A stretch of DNA of 32,000 bases from Candidatus Thorarchaeota archaeon. Its GTDB lineage: Archaea > Asgardarchaeota > Thorarchaeia > Thorarchaeales > Thorarchaeaceae. The stretch is taken from contig PRDJ01000026.1 in NCBI GenBank assembly GCA_003345555.1, positions 9,864 through 41,863 of the forward strand, read 5' to 3'. Below are positions 15,521 to 23,999 of the stretch, piece after piece (position 1 is the stretch's first letter; every line of letters begins with the position of its first letter). The notes below the pieces were generated by a model that made no database searches, had not been told where the DNA came from, and was given only the letters and a program-made list of their open reading frames with translations. Made by a program: the position numbers and the translations under genes.

Positions 15521-18357
15521 GCGCGTTTGAGTCGCTAGGACCGGAAATTTCCAGATTCCTATCTGACCATGGTATCGGCTCACCAACGCCCATTCAAGAG
15601 CTGGCAATTCCCGCCATCCTACATGACCGCAGCGATGCGTTGCTCTTGGCCCCCACAGGCAGTGGCAAGACAGAAGCGGCTCTCCTACCGCTACTGAGAA
15701 TCCTGAAAGAGAGACAGTCGCAGAGCGAGTTGTATGGGATCTACATTCTGTACATCACGCCTCTCAGGGCACTAAATCGAGACGTGCTCTTGAGAATCGA
15801 AAGCCTATGCAATCGTCTTGGCCTGAGTGTAGCTGTGCGGCACGGCGATACGACGCAGTATGTGCGGAGACAACAGGCCCTTAATCCCCCGAATCTCTTG
15901 ATAACAACCCCGGAATCGCTTCAGGCAATTCTGCCAGCCCAGAGACTTAGATATCATCTAAGGACTGTCTTTGCGGTCGTCGTCGACGAAATTCATGAAA
16001 TGGCAGATAGCAAGAGAGGCACACAGCTTAGCTTGGGTCTTCAGCGACTGGACAGAATCGCGGGTACAAGGACCCAGCGTATCGGGCTTTCTGCAACGGT
16101 TGGAAATCCAAAGGATGTCGCAAGCCTATTGGCTGGAACAGGGCGACAAGTCAAGATTCTATGGGCCGGATATGAGCTGAGGAAGATGAATCTAAGGGTC
16201 GAGATGCCTGTCCCGAATGCAGAGGATCAGGAGACATCGAGAAGAATCTCATACCCTTTGAACTCAACAGCGCGACTCCGCAGGATAATCGAGCTTATTT
16301 CATCACACGGCTCGACGATTCTATTCACGAACACAAGATCGTTTGCGGAAGTCCTAGGAGCCAAGATGCATGCGATTGGGCCGCCGTTTGATTTTGATGT
16401 GCACCATGGGTCGCTGTCAAAAGATGCTCGTATGACGGCTGAGACTCGACTAAAGCAGGGGCTATCAAGAGCCATAATCGCAACCTCTAGTCTTGAGCTT
16501 GGTATCGACATAGGTCATGCAGATCTCGTGTTACAGTATTCCTCTCCGAGAGAGGTATCACGTGCTCTGCAACGCACAGGGCGAGCTGGTCATCGGTTAG
16601 GAATGGTAGCGGAAGGTGTGTTCATAGCCACTATGAACTTGGATGATGTCACTGAATCTGGAGTCATACTCAGACGGGCTCAATTGAACAAGGTTGAAGA
16701 TGCCCGAATTCCAATAAAAGCATGGGATGTCCTCTGCCATCAGATTGCCGGGATTCTTCTTGACGTCGGCGGAGCTGATGTTGATAGTGTCTTGAGATTC
16801 ATCCGTTCGACACAACCCTACGCGGAAATGACCCTTGAGGAGATGAATTCCCTTCTTCATTTCATGACTGAGAAGAAAATCGTGAGTACAAATGGGAGTA
16901 GGGTCAATGGAACGCGAGCAACCCGCCTTTTCTATTACGACCATCTGAGTACGATTCCTGATATCCGGCAACTGAGTGCCCTAGATATGACTACACGCAC
17001 CCCGATTGGCGTCTTGGATGAAGATTATGTAACAGAGAATATCCAAGCTGGCTCTCTGTTCGTAATCAGAGGCCGACCTTGGACTGTCGTGAGTGTGGAT
17101 GAAGACGAGGTTATCTGCGCTCCAGCAAGTGGCTCCGACAGTGAGGCGCCACATTGGATAGGAGAGATGATTCCTGTGCCCTATGAAGTTGCTTCGGAGG
17201 TCTCGGAACTATGGCAGCATGTGCTCGAAGGAACTGAGGACGAGGTCAAATTGTGGCTACAGTCGCGATATGGAATCGCGGGGTCTCCTCAGGAATTTAT
17301 TATCAGAACTGTAAGAGAGAGCAGTGAGGCTTTGGGATGCCTTCCGTCTTTAGAGTCTCTTCTTGTTGAGGACTTCGGCACAGGTCTGGTTATTCATGTG
17401 CCACTTGGTACAAGGGCAAATGAAACATTAGGAATCGTTGTAGCGGCCTTGCTCACAACATGCATGGGAATAGATGTGAGTGTGGAAAGAGACCCGTATA
17501 GGATTCTGCTAACCGCGACTGGTCGTCTGGACCCTGAACGGGTTGTCGATATTCTCAGAGGCTATGACGGCAAGCAGGCGTCGTCAATTCTCAGACTTGC
17601 GGTCAAGCACACACAGAGCTTTTCTTCTCGCTTCGTCCATGTCGCTCGCAGAATGGGCGTGATACGAAGGGAGACCAGAACCAAGGATGTTCCAATCAGG
17701 CGACTCATAGCCAGCCTTGAAGATAGTCCCGTCTTCCAAGAGGCAATGAGGGAGATACTGCAAGAGAAACTCGATGAAGAACGAGTTATTGACTTGTTCA
17801 ATGATATTTCTGAAGGACTAATAGATATCCGAATTGTCACTACCACAAAACCATCGCCTCTCGCTAGATTGATAGTTGAAGAAAAGACACGATTTGAGAT
17901 ACTGGGCGAAATCACAGATGAAAGCGAAGTTCTCAGGCTTGTCGAAAACAGACTGAACGCTAGGCAGTTAAGGCTGGTATGCATGGCGAATGGTGATTGG
18001 GATTCCGTCCGAACCATATCTACGCTAAGCGACGCAATAGAATGTCCGAAGTGTGGATCGAGAATGATAGCTGTGATTTCCCCTAGTGAATCCACGCTCA
18101 CAGCGATAATGAAGATGAAACGAAAGGGCAAGACTCTCTCGAATGATGAGATGAATCAGTATTCAGCGGCAGTATTGACAGCGGAGCTTGTATCGACATA
18201 CGGTAAGAGCGCGCTGATGGTATTGGCTGCACATGGTATCGGACCGAGAACCGCATCACGCATTCTGCAATCCGGGTCCACTGATAGGCTTGCCCTCCTT
18301 AGAGAGATTGTGAGAGCGGAACGTGAATATGCAAGGACAAGACCATTCTGGCAATGA
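15517..18357 (+). CDS. lhr: Lhr-family (COG1201) SF2 helicase with C-terminal Zn-ribbon and HhH elements
   Basis: APTGSGKT, TPLRALNRD, DEIH, HHGSL, ATSSLELGIDIG, QRTGRAGH. C-terminal CPKC and HGIGPRTA. Confidence 0.93.
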   Translation: MSAFESLGPEISRFLSDHGIGSPTPIQELAIPAILHDRSDALLLAPTGSGKTEAALLPLLRILKERQSQSELYGIYILYITPLRALNRDVLLRIESLCNRLGLSVAVRHGDTTQYVRRQQALNPPNLLITTPESLQAILPAQRLRYHLRTVFAVVVDEIHEMADSKRGTQLSLGLQRLDRIAGTRTQRIGLSATVGNPKDVASLLAGTGRQVKILWAGYELRKMNLRVEMPVPNAEDQETSRRISYPLNSTARLRRIIELISSHGSTILFTNTRSFAEVLGAKMHAIGPPFDFDVHHGSLSKDARMTAETRLKQGLSRAIIATSSLELGIDIGHADLVLQYSSPREVSRALQRTGRAGHRLGMVAEGVFIATMNLDDVTESGVILRRAQLNKVEDARIPIKAWDVLCHQIAGILLDVGGADVDSVLRFIRSTQPYAEMTLEEMNSLLHFMTEKKIVSTNGSRVNGTRATRLFYYDHLSTIPDIRQLSALDMTTRTPIGVLDEDYVTENIQAGSLFVIRGRPWTVVSVDEDEVICAPASGSDSEAPHWIGEMIPVPYEVASEVSELWQHVLEGTEDEVKLWLQSRYGIAGSPQEFIIRTVRESSEALGCLPSLESLLVEDFGTGLVIHVPLGTRANETLGIVVAALLTTCMGIDVSVERDPYRILLTATGRLDPERVVDILRGYDGKQASSILRLAVKHTQSFSSRFVHVARRMGVIRRETRTKDVPIRRLIASLEDSPVFQEAMREILQEKLDEERVIDLFNDISEGLIDIRIVTTTKPSPLARLIVEEKTRFEILGEITDESEVLRLVENRLNARQLRLVCMANGDWDSVRTISTLSDAIECPKCGSRMIAVISPSESTLTAIMKMKRKGKTLSNDEMNQYSAAVLTAELVSTYGKSALMVLAAHGIGPRTASRILQSGSTDRLALLREIVRAEREYARTRPFWQ

Positions 18358-18943
18358 ACTGAACAAACCACTTGTGGTGGTTGCCGGGAGAAGTAATGTT
18401 GGAAAAAGCAGTCTAGTCAGAGCTCTCACCGGCAAGAGAGTCAGAATCGGCAAGCGCCCCGGCACTACGGGGCATGAAGAACTCATCGACCTAGAGTCCA
18501 TAGTACTTGTGGATATGCCCGGATTTGGCTATGCTGCAGGAAAGGATAGGGCGGCCATAAATCGATTGAAGACCGGAATCGTACACAGACTCGAGAACTG
18601 GGAACGCCGACTACTCATAGCCATCCTAGTCATAGACGTGTCACTATTCAGAGAGCTTGTGGAGAGATGGGAAAGCCGAAACGAAGTTCCTGTTGATGTG
18701 GAATTCTACGGGTTCCTTTCCGAGATTTCACAGTATGTTATTGTCGCTGCAAACAAGACCGACAAGGTGGCGAATAAGGACAAGTCGGATGAGTTCGGTT
18801 TTCTGCGTATGAAGCTATCAGAGGTCGGACAGGCCCCGGACATTATTCCTGTTTCAGTCAGAGATGCAGAGAGCATCAGAGACCTCAGAGTGAGGATTGA
18901 GAGCATCTTGAAACAGGAGGGGTTGGAAGTCCCAAGCTGGTGA
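18329..18943 (+). CDS. engB: EngB/YihA-family GTP-binding protein
   Basis: G1 GRSNVGKS, G2 PGTT, G3 DMPG, G4 NKTD. Overlaps the lhr end; start is uncertain (18323, 18329 or 18359). Confidence 0.88.
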   Translation: MQGQDHSGNELNKPLVVVAGRSNVGKSSLVRALTGKRVRIGKRPGTTGHEELIDLESIVLVDMPGFGYAAGKDRAAINRLKTGIVHRLENWERRLLIAILVIDVSLFRELVERWESRNEVPVDVEFYGFLSEISQYVIVAANKTDKVANKDKSDEFGFLRMKLSEVGQAPDIIPVSVRDAESIRDLRVRIESILKQEGLEVPSW

Positions 18944-18952
18944 GCGCAGGTA

Positions 18953-20047
18953 TTACTGCTTTCCCTTCTTGAATACGTAAATTACGATGCCGACAAAGAA
19001 CAATGCAGAGGATACAATGAGCATAGGAAGAATAGCCGAATCGGGTGTAGCACGACCCGAAGTCAGCCAACTCACCATATTCATGAACAAACGAGCATTG
19101 TCAGCGGCGTAGTACCATTTCAAGGTCGCCTTCGGAATGTCAATCGGACGACCGGTAAACATGATTGTTGAGCCAGAGATTATCACTCTGCTCCCATTGT
19201 ATTCGAAAGCGGAGAGCCATGGTGGCAGTGTCCCGTTGATAGCAGAGTAGTTCAATGGCCACGTCTGTGATTCCTCTAGGGTCATATTAGGGAAGGAGAT
19301 GTTTCCCCACGTATATGGACCCTTTCTGAACTGAGCAAACGAACTCTTGTATCCCCGGGCAATCGAACTTGACAGGGATAGAGGCTTGAGCGTGGCCGTC
19401 ATTAGTATGAGCCCATTGATATCTTTGAATATCGGATGGTTTGTGTTCCAGGTTGTCGAATCCAGTTGCATGACCCAAGGATACGAACTGTTCAGATTAC
19501 GCTCGTAGTCAAACATGGTATCTGCCCATAATGTGCTCTCGCTCGTCGCGTTGATGCTGAATCGCACGCCTGTTATGTTGAGCATGTCTAGGAGCCGGTT
19601 TATTGCGATATTGTCTCCTAGGCTCTGAAGAGCCGATTCAGTCCAATACGTGGAGTTCTGAGAAATAGTGGGATCGCCAAGTATCATTAGTGAACTGCCG
19701 TTATTCAACATCCTGACAATTGAAGCAGCCTCGGAACTGGCAAACGGAGACCCCGCACTCGGAGAAGCGATGATGAGAACATCTGCGTCTGTCAGTACAG
19801 TATCGTTCAGATGCGAACCGTTGTAGATGCGAACCATATACCGGGTTGATGCATTCACAGCGTCAAGCATGAGTTTCAGTCCGTCGTCCGCATCACTGGC
19901 CGCAAAGTGTGGCGAGTGACTAGCGTCGAAGAGTATGACTATCGGGTCTAGGGGGACTTGAGCACTAGCGGTACATTCTAAGTATGAGACAGATAGAACT
20001 ACTATGAAAAGGGTGCTGCATATTTGGATTCTATTCAGCCGCCTCAT
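18953..20047 (-). CDS. Secreted, C-terminally membrane-anchored protein with a GldG/IFT52 (GIFT)-like domain
   Basis: N-terminal signal peptide, LFDASH, DVLIIASP..F..SE..I...L..G..LMILGD, HPIF, SRVIISG, a C-terminal transmembrane helix with KKGKQ tail, and many N-x-S/T sequons. Confidence 0.65.
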   Translation of the reverse strand: MRRLNRIQICSTLFIVVLSVSYLECTASAQVPLDPIVILFDASHSPHFAASDADDGLKLMLDAVNASTRYMVRIYNGSHLNDTVLTDADVLIIASPSAGSPFASSEAASIVRMLNNGSSLMILGDPTISQNSTYWTESALQSLGDNIAINRLLDMLNITGVRFSINATSESTLWADTMFDYERNLNSSYPWVMQLDSTTWNTNHPIFKDINGLILMTATLKPLSLSSSIARGYKSSFAQFRKGPYTWGNISFPNMTLEESQTWPLNYSAINGTLPPWLSAFEYNGSRVIISGSTIMFTGRPIDIPKATLKWYYAADNARLFMNMVSWLTSGRATPDSAILPMLIVSSALFFVGIVIYVFKKGKQ

Positions 20048-20138
20048 GGCTCCTTTCAACCTTCAGGCTCAGATTGCAAGCCTTACAGGAGAGCGTTTTT
20101 TAAACTTATCCTCAAAGTAATGGGGACTGCATGGTCCT

Positions 20139-20525
20139 CTAGTCAGTCCTTCTCCAGTAGACAAAGAGGATTCGCCTTTCCGCGTCTGTCGACTCGACAA
20201 CCTCATAGGAATTGCGGATTTGTGCGATTCTCTGGGCAAGGAGATGATAACAGGCATCCACTTTCCTTGCTATTACAACTGACTGATAGAAGCTCCTGCA
20301 ACTGCAGTAGATTTCTGGAATAACGAGGTACTCCCGTCTGAGCCCTCTGATAATCCAAGCAGTTGAGCCGCTTGGTTTGAAATGGTATTCTGCGACACGG
20401 CACTCCTCGACAGCTCTTAACGCTCTAATGAACCTCAGTCCATACTTGCCCCGGAAGTACTCGATATCGGCCTGTTTCAGTTCGTCTTTGGATATGAGGG
20501 CGACTTCATGAGCAGTGAGTGTCAT
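20139..20525 (-). CDS. SWIM zinc-finger protein, ZSWIM7/Sws1-like
   Basis: YCSC-x15-CYHLLA (C74, C76, C92, H94), preceded by RAL..V..PSG...W.I.G...Y. Confidence 0.85.
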   Translation of the reverse strand: MTLTAHEVALISKDELKQADIEYFRGKYGLRFIRALRAVEECRVAEYHFKPSGSTAWIIRGLRREYLVIPEIYCSCRSFYQSVVIARKVDACYHLLAQRIAQIRNSYEVVESTDAERRILFVYWRRTD

Positions 20526-20588
20526 TTCTTATCACGCAACTACCCATATGGCTATGCTAAAATGCTACGGGCCTCATTCACGCAATCA

Positions 20589-21422
20589 ATGGAGATAATC
20601 TTCGAGGACAGATGCCTTGTTGTTCGGTCCGATGTATTGAATGCGCTTCTAGTGTCCGATATACATTTGGGTTTTCGTGTCGAACTAGAACATCGTACAG
20701 GCATTAGTTATCCCCCAGACCATCCACTGTTGTTGAACCAGCTTCAGGCTATTGTCAAGAAACACTCTGTATCTGCACTGTACATAATTGGTGACCTTAA
20801 GCACACCATAGTCCCCGACAATTCATATGATTGGGAAATCATCCCCGAGTTCATGACAATGATTTCAAGGGATATTGACACAACCATCATACCTGGTAAC
20901 CATGATGGGTCAATAGAAGGGCTCCTTCCCAGGAAAGTCGGAATCGCAGATGTTCATGGATTGACTATTGGACATGATAGTGACACACTCGGTCTCCTTC
21001 ACGGTCACGCATGGCCATCAGCAGACGTTCTTCGTTCTTCGGTCATCGTTGTCGGCCACAACCACCCAAGTCTGAATCGCATTAGGACTGTTTCAGCCCG
21101 ACTAAATGGCAGGCAGAACCGAAGAAGATCAGTCGGATTCATGCCAGTGGTATTGCGCTCGAGATTGAACAAGAACTGTGTCCGCATGAATATCGGAGAG
21201 CCAGAAGACCTGATTGACTCTGAGGGCATTCTGATAACTCTGCCAAGCTTCAACCCTCTGATTTCCGGGATTCAAGTTAATCTATCAGGTTCGAGACTGC
21301 AAGGACCGATTTTCGAAACCGGATGTGCGGAGCTTCGAAGCTCCGAAGTCTATAGCGTCGATGGCGTGTTTCTTGGGACTGTAGATACACTACAGGCGTC
21401 AGTGGACGAAACCATTAAATGA
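20589..21422 (+). CDS. Calcineurin-like metallophosphoesterase (COG1407-like)
   Basis: SDIHLG, GDLKH, GNHD, HGH, GHNHP, LPSFNPL. Probable ATG start at 20589. Confidence 0.9.
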   Translation: MEIIFEDRCLVVRSDVLNALLVSDIHLGFRVELEHRTGISYPPDHPLLLNQLQAIVKKHSVSALYIIGDLKHTIVPDNSYDWEIIPEFMTMISRDIDTTIIPGNHDGSIEGLLPRKVGIADVHGLTIGHDSDTLGLLHGHAWPSADVLRSSVIVVGHNHPSLNRIRTVSARLNGRQNRRRSVGFMPVVLRSRLNKNCVRMNIGEPEDLIDSEGILITLPSFNPLISGIQVNLSGSRLQGPIFETGCAELRSSEVYSVDGVFLGTVDTLQASVDETIK

Positions 21423-21447
21423 CGCCCGCCGTGAATGGTGGGTGCAT

Positions 21448-21555
21448 GGGTCGGTAGTCTAGCTTGGCTATGATTCTTGGTTCGGGACTCAAGAACTGAT
21501 ATCCAGATCTTGACCGAGCAAGAGGTCGCCGGTTCAAATCCGGCCCGGCCCACCA
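21448..21555 (+). tRNA. tRNA-Pro(CGG) with an intron of about 30 nt (about 21489-21518); CCA encoded
   Basis: Acceptor stem GGGTCGG/CCGGCCC, A73-CCA, D-arm GTCT..TGAT, loop TT-CGG-GA with G37, T-arm GCCGG-TTCAAAT-CCGGC. The insert forms a CAAGA/TCTTG hairpin. Confidence 0.88.
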
Positions 21556-21726
21556 CTACTTTGTTCATACAAGGCCAACTCGTCTGATAGGTATCAGCAC
21601 TTCCCGCAAGCTACCATAGTTGAACCCCACTCAGGTGCCTGACGACGACACATGGCACAATGCCGAAGAATAAGTTCAAAAGTACCGAAAGGCATGCGCG
21701 GGAAGCTAGACAGCAGGGAGAGAGAA

Positions 21727-22668
21727 TTGGGTCAAGGATCTGGCAAGGGCAAAGTCATTCTGTTTGGCGAACACTTCGTAGTATACGGCCTTCCAGCACT
21801 TGCAGCAGGCATCGCCGCAGAAACGACTGCGAAAGTGACTAGATTAAAGACAAGTGGATGGACCATTGATGACCTTAGGCCAGAGACACCAGGCTACAAG
21901 GCTGAAAAGGCCGATGAGCAGAAGGTGTCGACAGACAACGTCATACGTCACTTGGGTTTGGATCTTTCGAAACAAGGTATTCACATTGAACTTGGAGGAG
22001 ACCTAGTAGCCGCGTCTGGAATTGGAGCAAGTGCTGCGAACTGTGTCGCGTTGGCCCGGGCACTGAACGAGGAGTTTCGACTCGGTTTGAACAATGACCG
22101 GATTAACGAAGCCGCCTATGAAGGCGAAAAGGGCTATCATGGTACACCCTCAGGAATAGACAATACTGCATCCACATTTGGCGGTCTGATATGGTATGTG
22201 AGAGATCCAAACAGTACTGTACCTATGTTCGAGAAGCTGAAGCTCAAGAAACCGATCGGGCTAGTCATTGCCTCCACTGGACTGACGGCTAGCACAAAGA
22301 AGGTCGTCGACGATGTAGCGGCAAAGAAAAAGGCCGATCCAAAATGGTTTGATTCCATTGTTGACGAATACAGGACTCTTGTGAAGGACGGGCGCGAGTC
22401 CTTGCTCCGCCTTGACCTCAAGAAGGTCGGACAGCTTATGAACAGGAATCATGAGCTGTTGCGTTCGCTAACTGTCTCTTGCCCAGAACTGGACAGTCTT
22501 GTAGAAAAAGCATTGAAGAATGGTGCGCTGGGTGCGAAACTAACTGGGACGGGAAGAGGAGGCCTAATGATAGCTCTCGTTGCCGACCAGCACGCAACAA
22601 ATCGTGTGGCAGAGTCTTTACAGAAGGCGGGTGCGGCTGCAGTCTGGAAGACGAACTTCGGACAGTAA
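21727..22668 (+). CDS. mvk: Mevalonate kinase (GHMP family)
   Basis: GKVILFGEHFVVYG, SGIGASAA, HGTPSGIDN, GAKLTGTGRGG. Probable TTG start at 21727 after AGGGAGAG. Confidence 0.9.
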   Translation: MGQGSGKGKVILFGEHFVVYGLPALAAGIAAETTAKVTRLKTSGWTIDDLRPETPGYKAEKADEQKVSTDNVIRHLGLDLSKQGIHIELGGDLVAASGIGASAANCVALARALNEEFRLGLNNDRINEAAYEGEKGYHGTPSGIDNTASTFGGLIWYVRDPNSTVPMFEKLKLKKPIGLVIASTGLTASTKKVVDDVAAKKKADPKWFDSIVDEYRTLVKDGRESLLRLDLKKVGQLMNRNHELLRSLTVSCPELDSLVEKALKNGALGAKLTGTGRGGLMIALVADQHATNRVAESLQKAGAAAVWKTNFGQ

Positions 22669-22684
22669 TGGGAAGTGCATACTT

Positions 22685-23995
22685 ATGATACTGGAAGACT
22701 ACATCAAGAAACTGGCTGTGCAAGGCGCACTGAAGACTGTACGCAAGTCTATCTCAAAGAACTTGGAAATAGCTGGAGTCCTTAAGACTCTGGAACCGAC
22801 ACCAGTGCTCTTTGAAAGCGTGAAGGAATCCGGGTTCCGTGTCGCTGGCAACCTCTTCTGCAACAAGACACAGATTGCCGACTACTTCGGCATCAAGCCC
22901 GAGGAAATGATTCCGACCCTGGCAAGAGCTATCGAACGCAAGAACCCTCCAGAGAAGACCAAGAGTGCCCCTTGCCAGGAAGTTGTCGAGACCGGCGTGG
23001 ACTTAGGCAAATTGCCAATCCTCATGCATAACAAGATTGATGGCGGCCCTTACATATCCGCAGGTGTCGTTGTCTCTGTGGACCCTGAGTATGGACAGAA
23101 CTTGGACTTCCACAGGGCGATGCAATTCGAGAAGAACCGCATGGCTGTGAGAGTCGTGAGCGGACGAGACTTTCATAAGTTTCTAGAAAGAAACGGCGAA
23201 GTTGACGTTGCTTTCTGTGTGGGAACTACACCTGAGGTCCTTGTTGCCGCAGCAACGTCGGTGGAGACTGGAGTGGACGAGTTGCAGATCGCCAACGCGC
23301 TGAGACCAATCAAGGTAACGCGCGCGAAGAGTGTTGACCTTAGCATACCGGCAGACTCTGAGTTTGTGCTCGAAGGCAGAGTATTCAATCAGGAGAGACA
23401 TGCCGAGGGGCCGTTTATAGATCTCACGGAGACTGTTGACGTTGTGCGGCAGGAACCAGTGTTCGAAGTAAGGAAAATCACGCACAGAAAAACGGCCATC
23501 TGGCAGGCTCTACTTCCAGGACGCTTGGAGCATAAGATACTGATGGGAATGCCTCGCGAACCAACAGTCTACCGGAAAATCAAGGAGCGTGGCGTGGATG
23601 TGATTGATGTGAGCATCACGCCGGGTGGTGCAAGCTGGCTGCACGTAGCAGCTAAAATCAGGAAGAAGAATGCAGACGACGGAGCAAAGGCAATCGAGGG
23701 AGCATTTGCGGGGCACACGAGTGCTAAACACGTCTGGGTGTACGACGAGGACATCGATATCTACAATGAGCAAGACCGGGAATGGGCCATGGCGACTCGC
23801 TTTCAAGGCGACAAGAACATGCATGTCAAGGCGAGAGAACCGGGGAGTTCTCTTGATCCGAGTGCCGAACCCGGAACGAAGATGACGACGAAGATTGGCT
23901 TCGATTGCACAAAGGCCCTCGACACGAAAGGCAAGAGCTACGATCGTGCTGAGTTCCCGAAAGTAGACCTGAAACGGTTCATGGAGAGCGCGTAA
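22685..23995 (+). CDS. UbiD-family decarboxylase; by context, anhydromevalonate phosphate decarboxylase
   Basis: DLGKLPIL..DGGPYI, EFVLEG, EGPFID.T, DEDIDI, WAMATRFQ, SSLDPS, KIGFD. It lies between mvk and the AcnX genes. Confidence 0.85.
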   Translation: MILEDYIKKLAVQGALKTVRKSISKNLEIAGVLKTLEPTPVLFESVKESGFRVAGNLFCNKTQIADYFGIKPEEMIPTLARAIERKNPPEKTKSAPCQEVVETGVDLGKLPILMHNKIDGGPYISAGVVVSVDPEYGQNLDFHRAMQFEKNRMAVRVVSGRDFHKFLERNGEVDVAFCVGTTPEVLVAAATSVETGVDELQIANALRPIKVTRAKSVDLSIPADSEFVLEGRVFNQERHAEGPFIDLTETVDVVRQEPVFEVRKITHRKTAIWQALLPGRLEHKILMGMPREPTVYRKIKERGVDVIDVSITPGGASWLHVAAKIRKKNADDGAKAIEGAFAGHTSAKHVWVYDEDIDIYNEQDREWAMATRFQGDKNMHVKAREPGSSLDPSAEPGTKMTTKIGFDCTKALDTKGKSYDRAEFPKVDLKRFMESA

Positions 23996-23999
23996 TCAA

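Noticed and set aside
20532-20585. Direct repeat TCACGCAA twice in the SWIM/phosphoesterase gap
   Set aside because: It is only 8 bp with two copies, which is insufficient without cross-genome conservation.
21496-21501. CT-GAT-A inside the tRNA insert, suggesting tRNA-Ile(GAT) through multiple introns
   Set aside because: The D-arm (GTCT/TGAT), G37 and the TT-CGG-GA loop fit Pro, and no splice pattern gives an Ile cloverleaf.
21448-21726. tRNA as an integration site for a mobile element
   Set aside because: No integrase, no duplicated tRNA 3' end, and core genes on both sides.
11302-22684. Long N-terminal extensions in the ORF track (RPA 11302, desulfurase 14554, wHTH 14919, phosphoesterase 20508, mvk 21652, UbiD 22580)
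   Set aside because: They overlap neighbouring genes or promoters, and family-like sequence begins only at the later starts given in the features.
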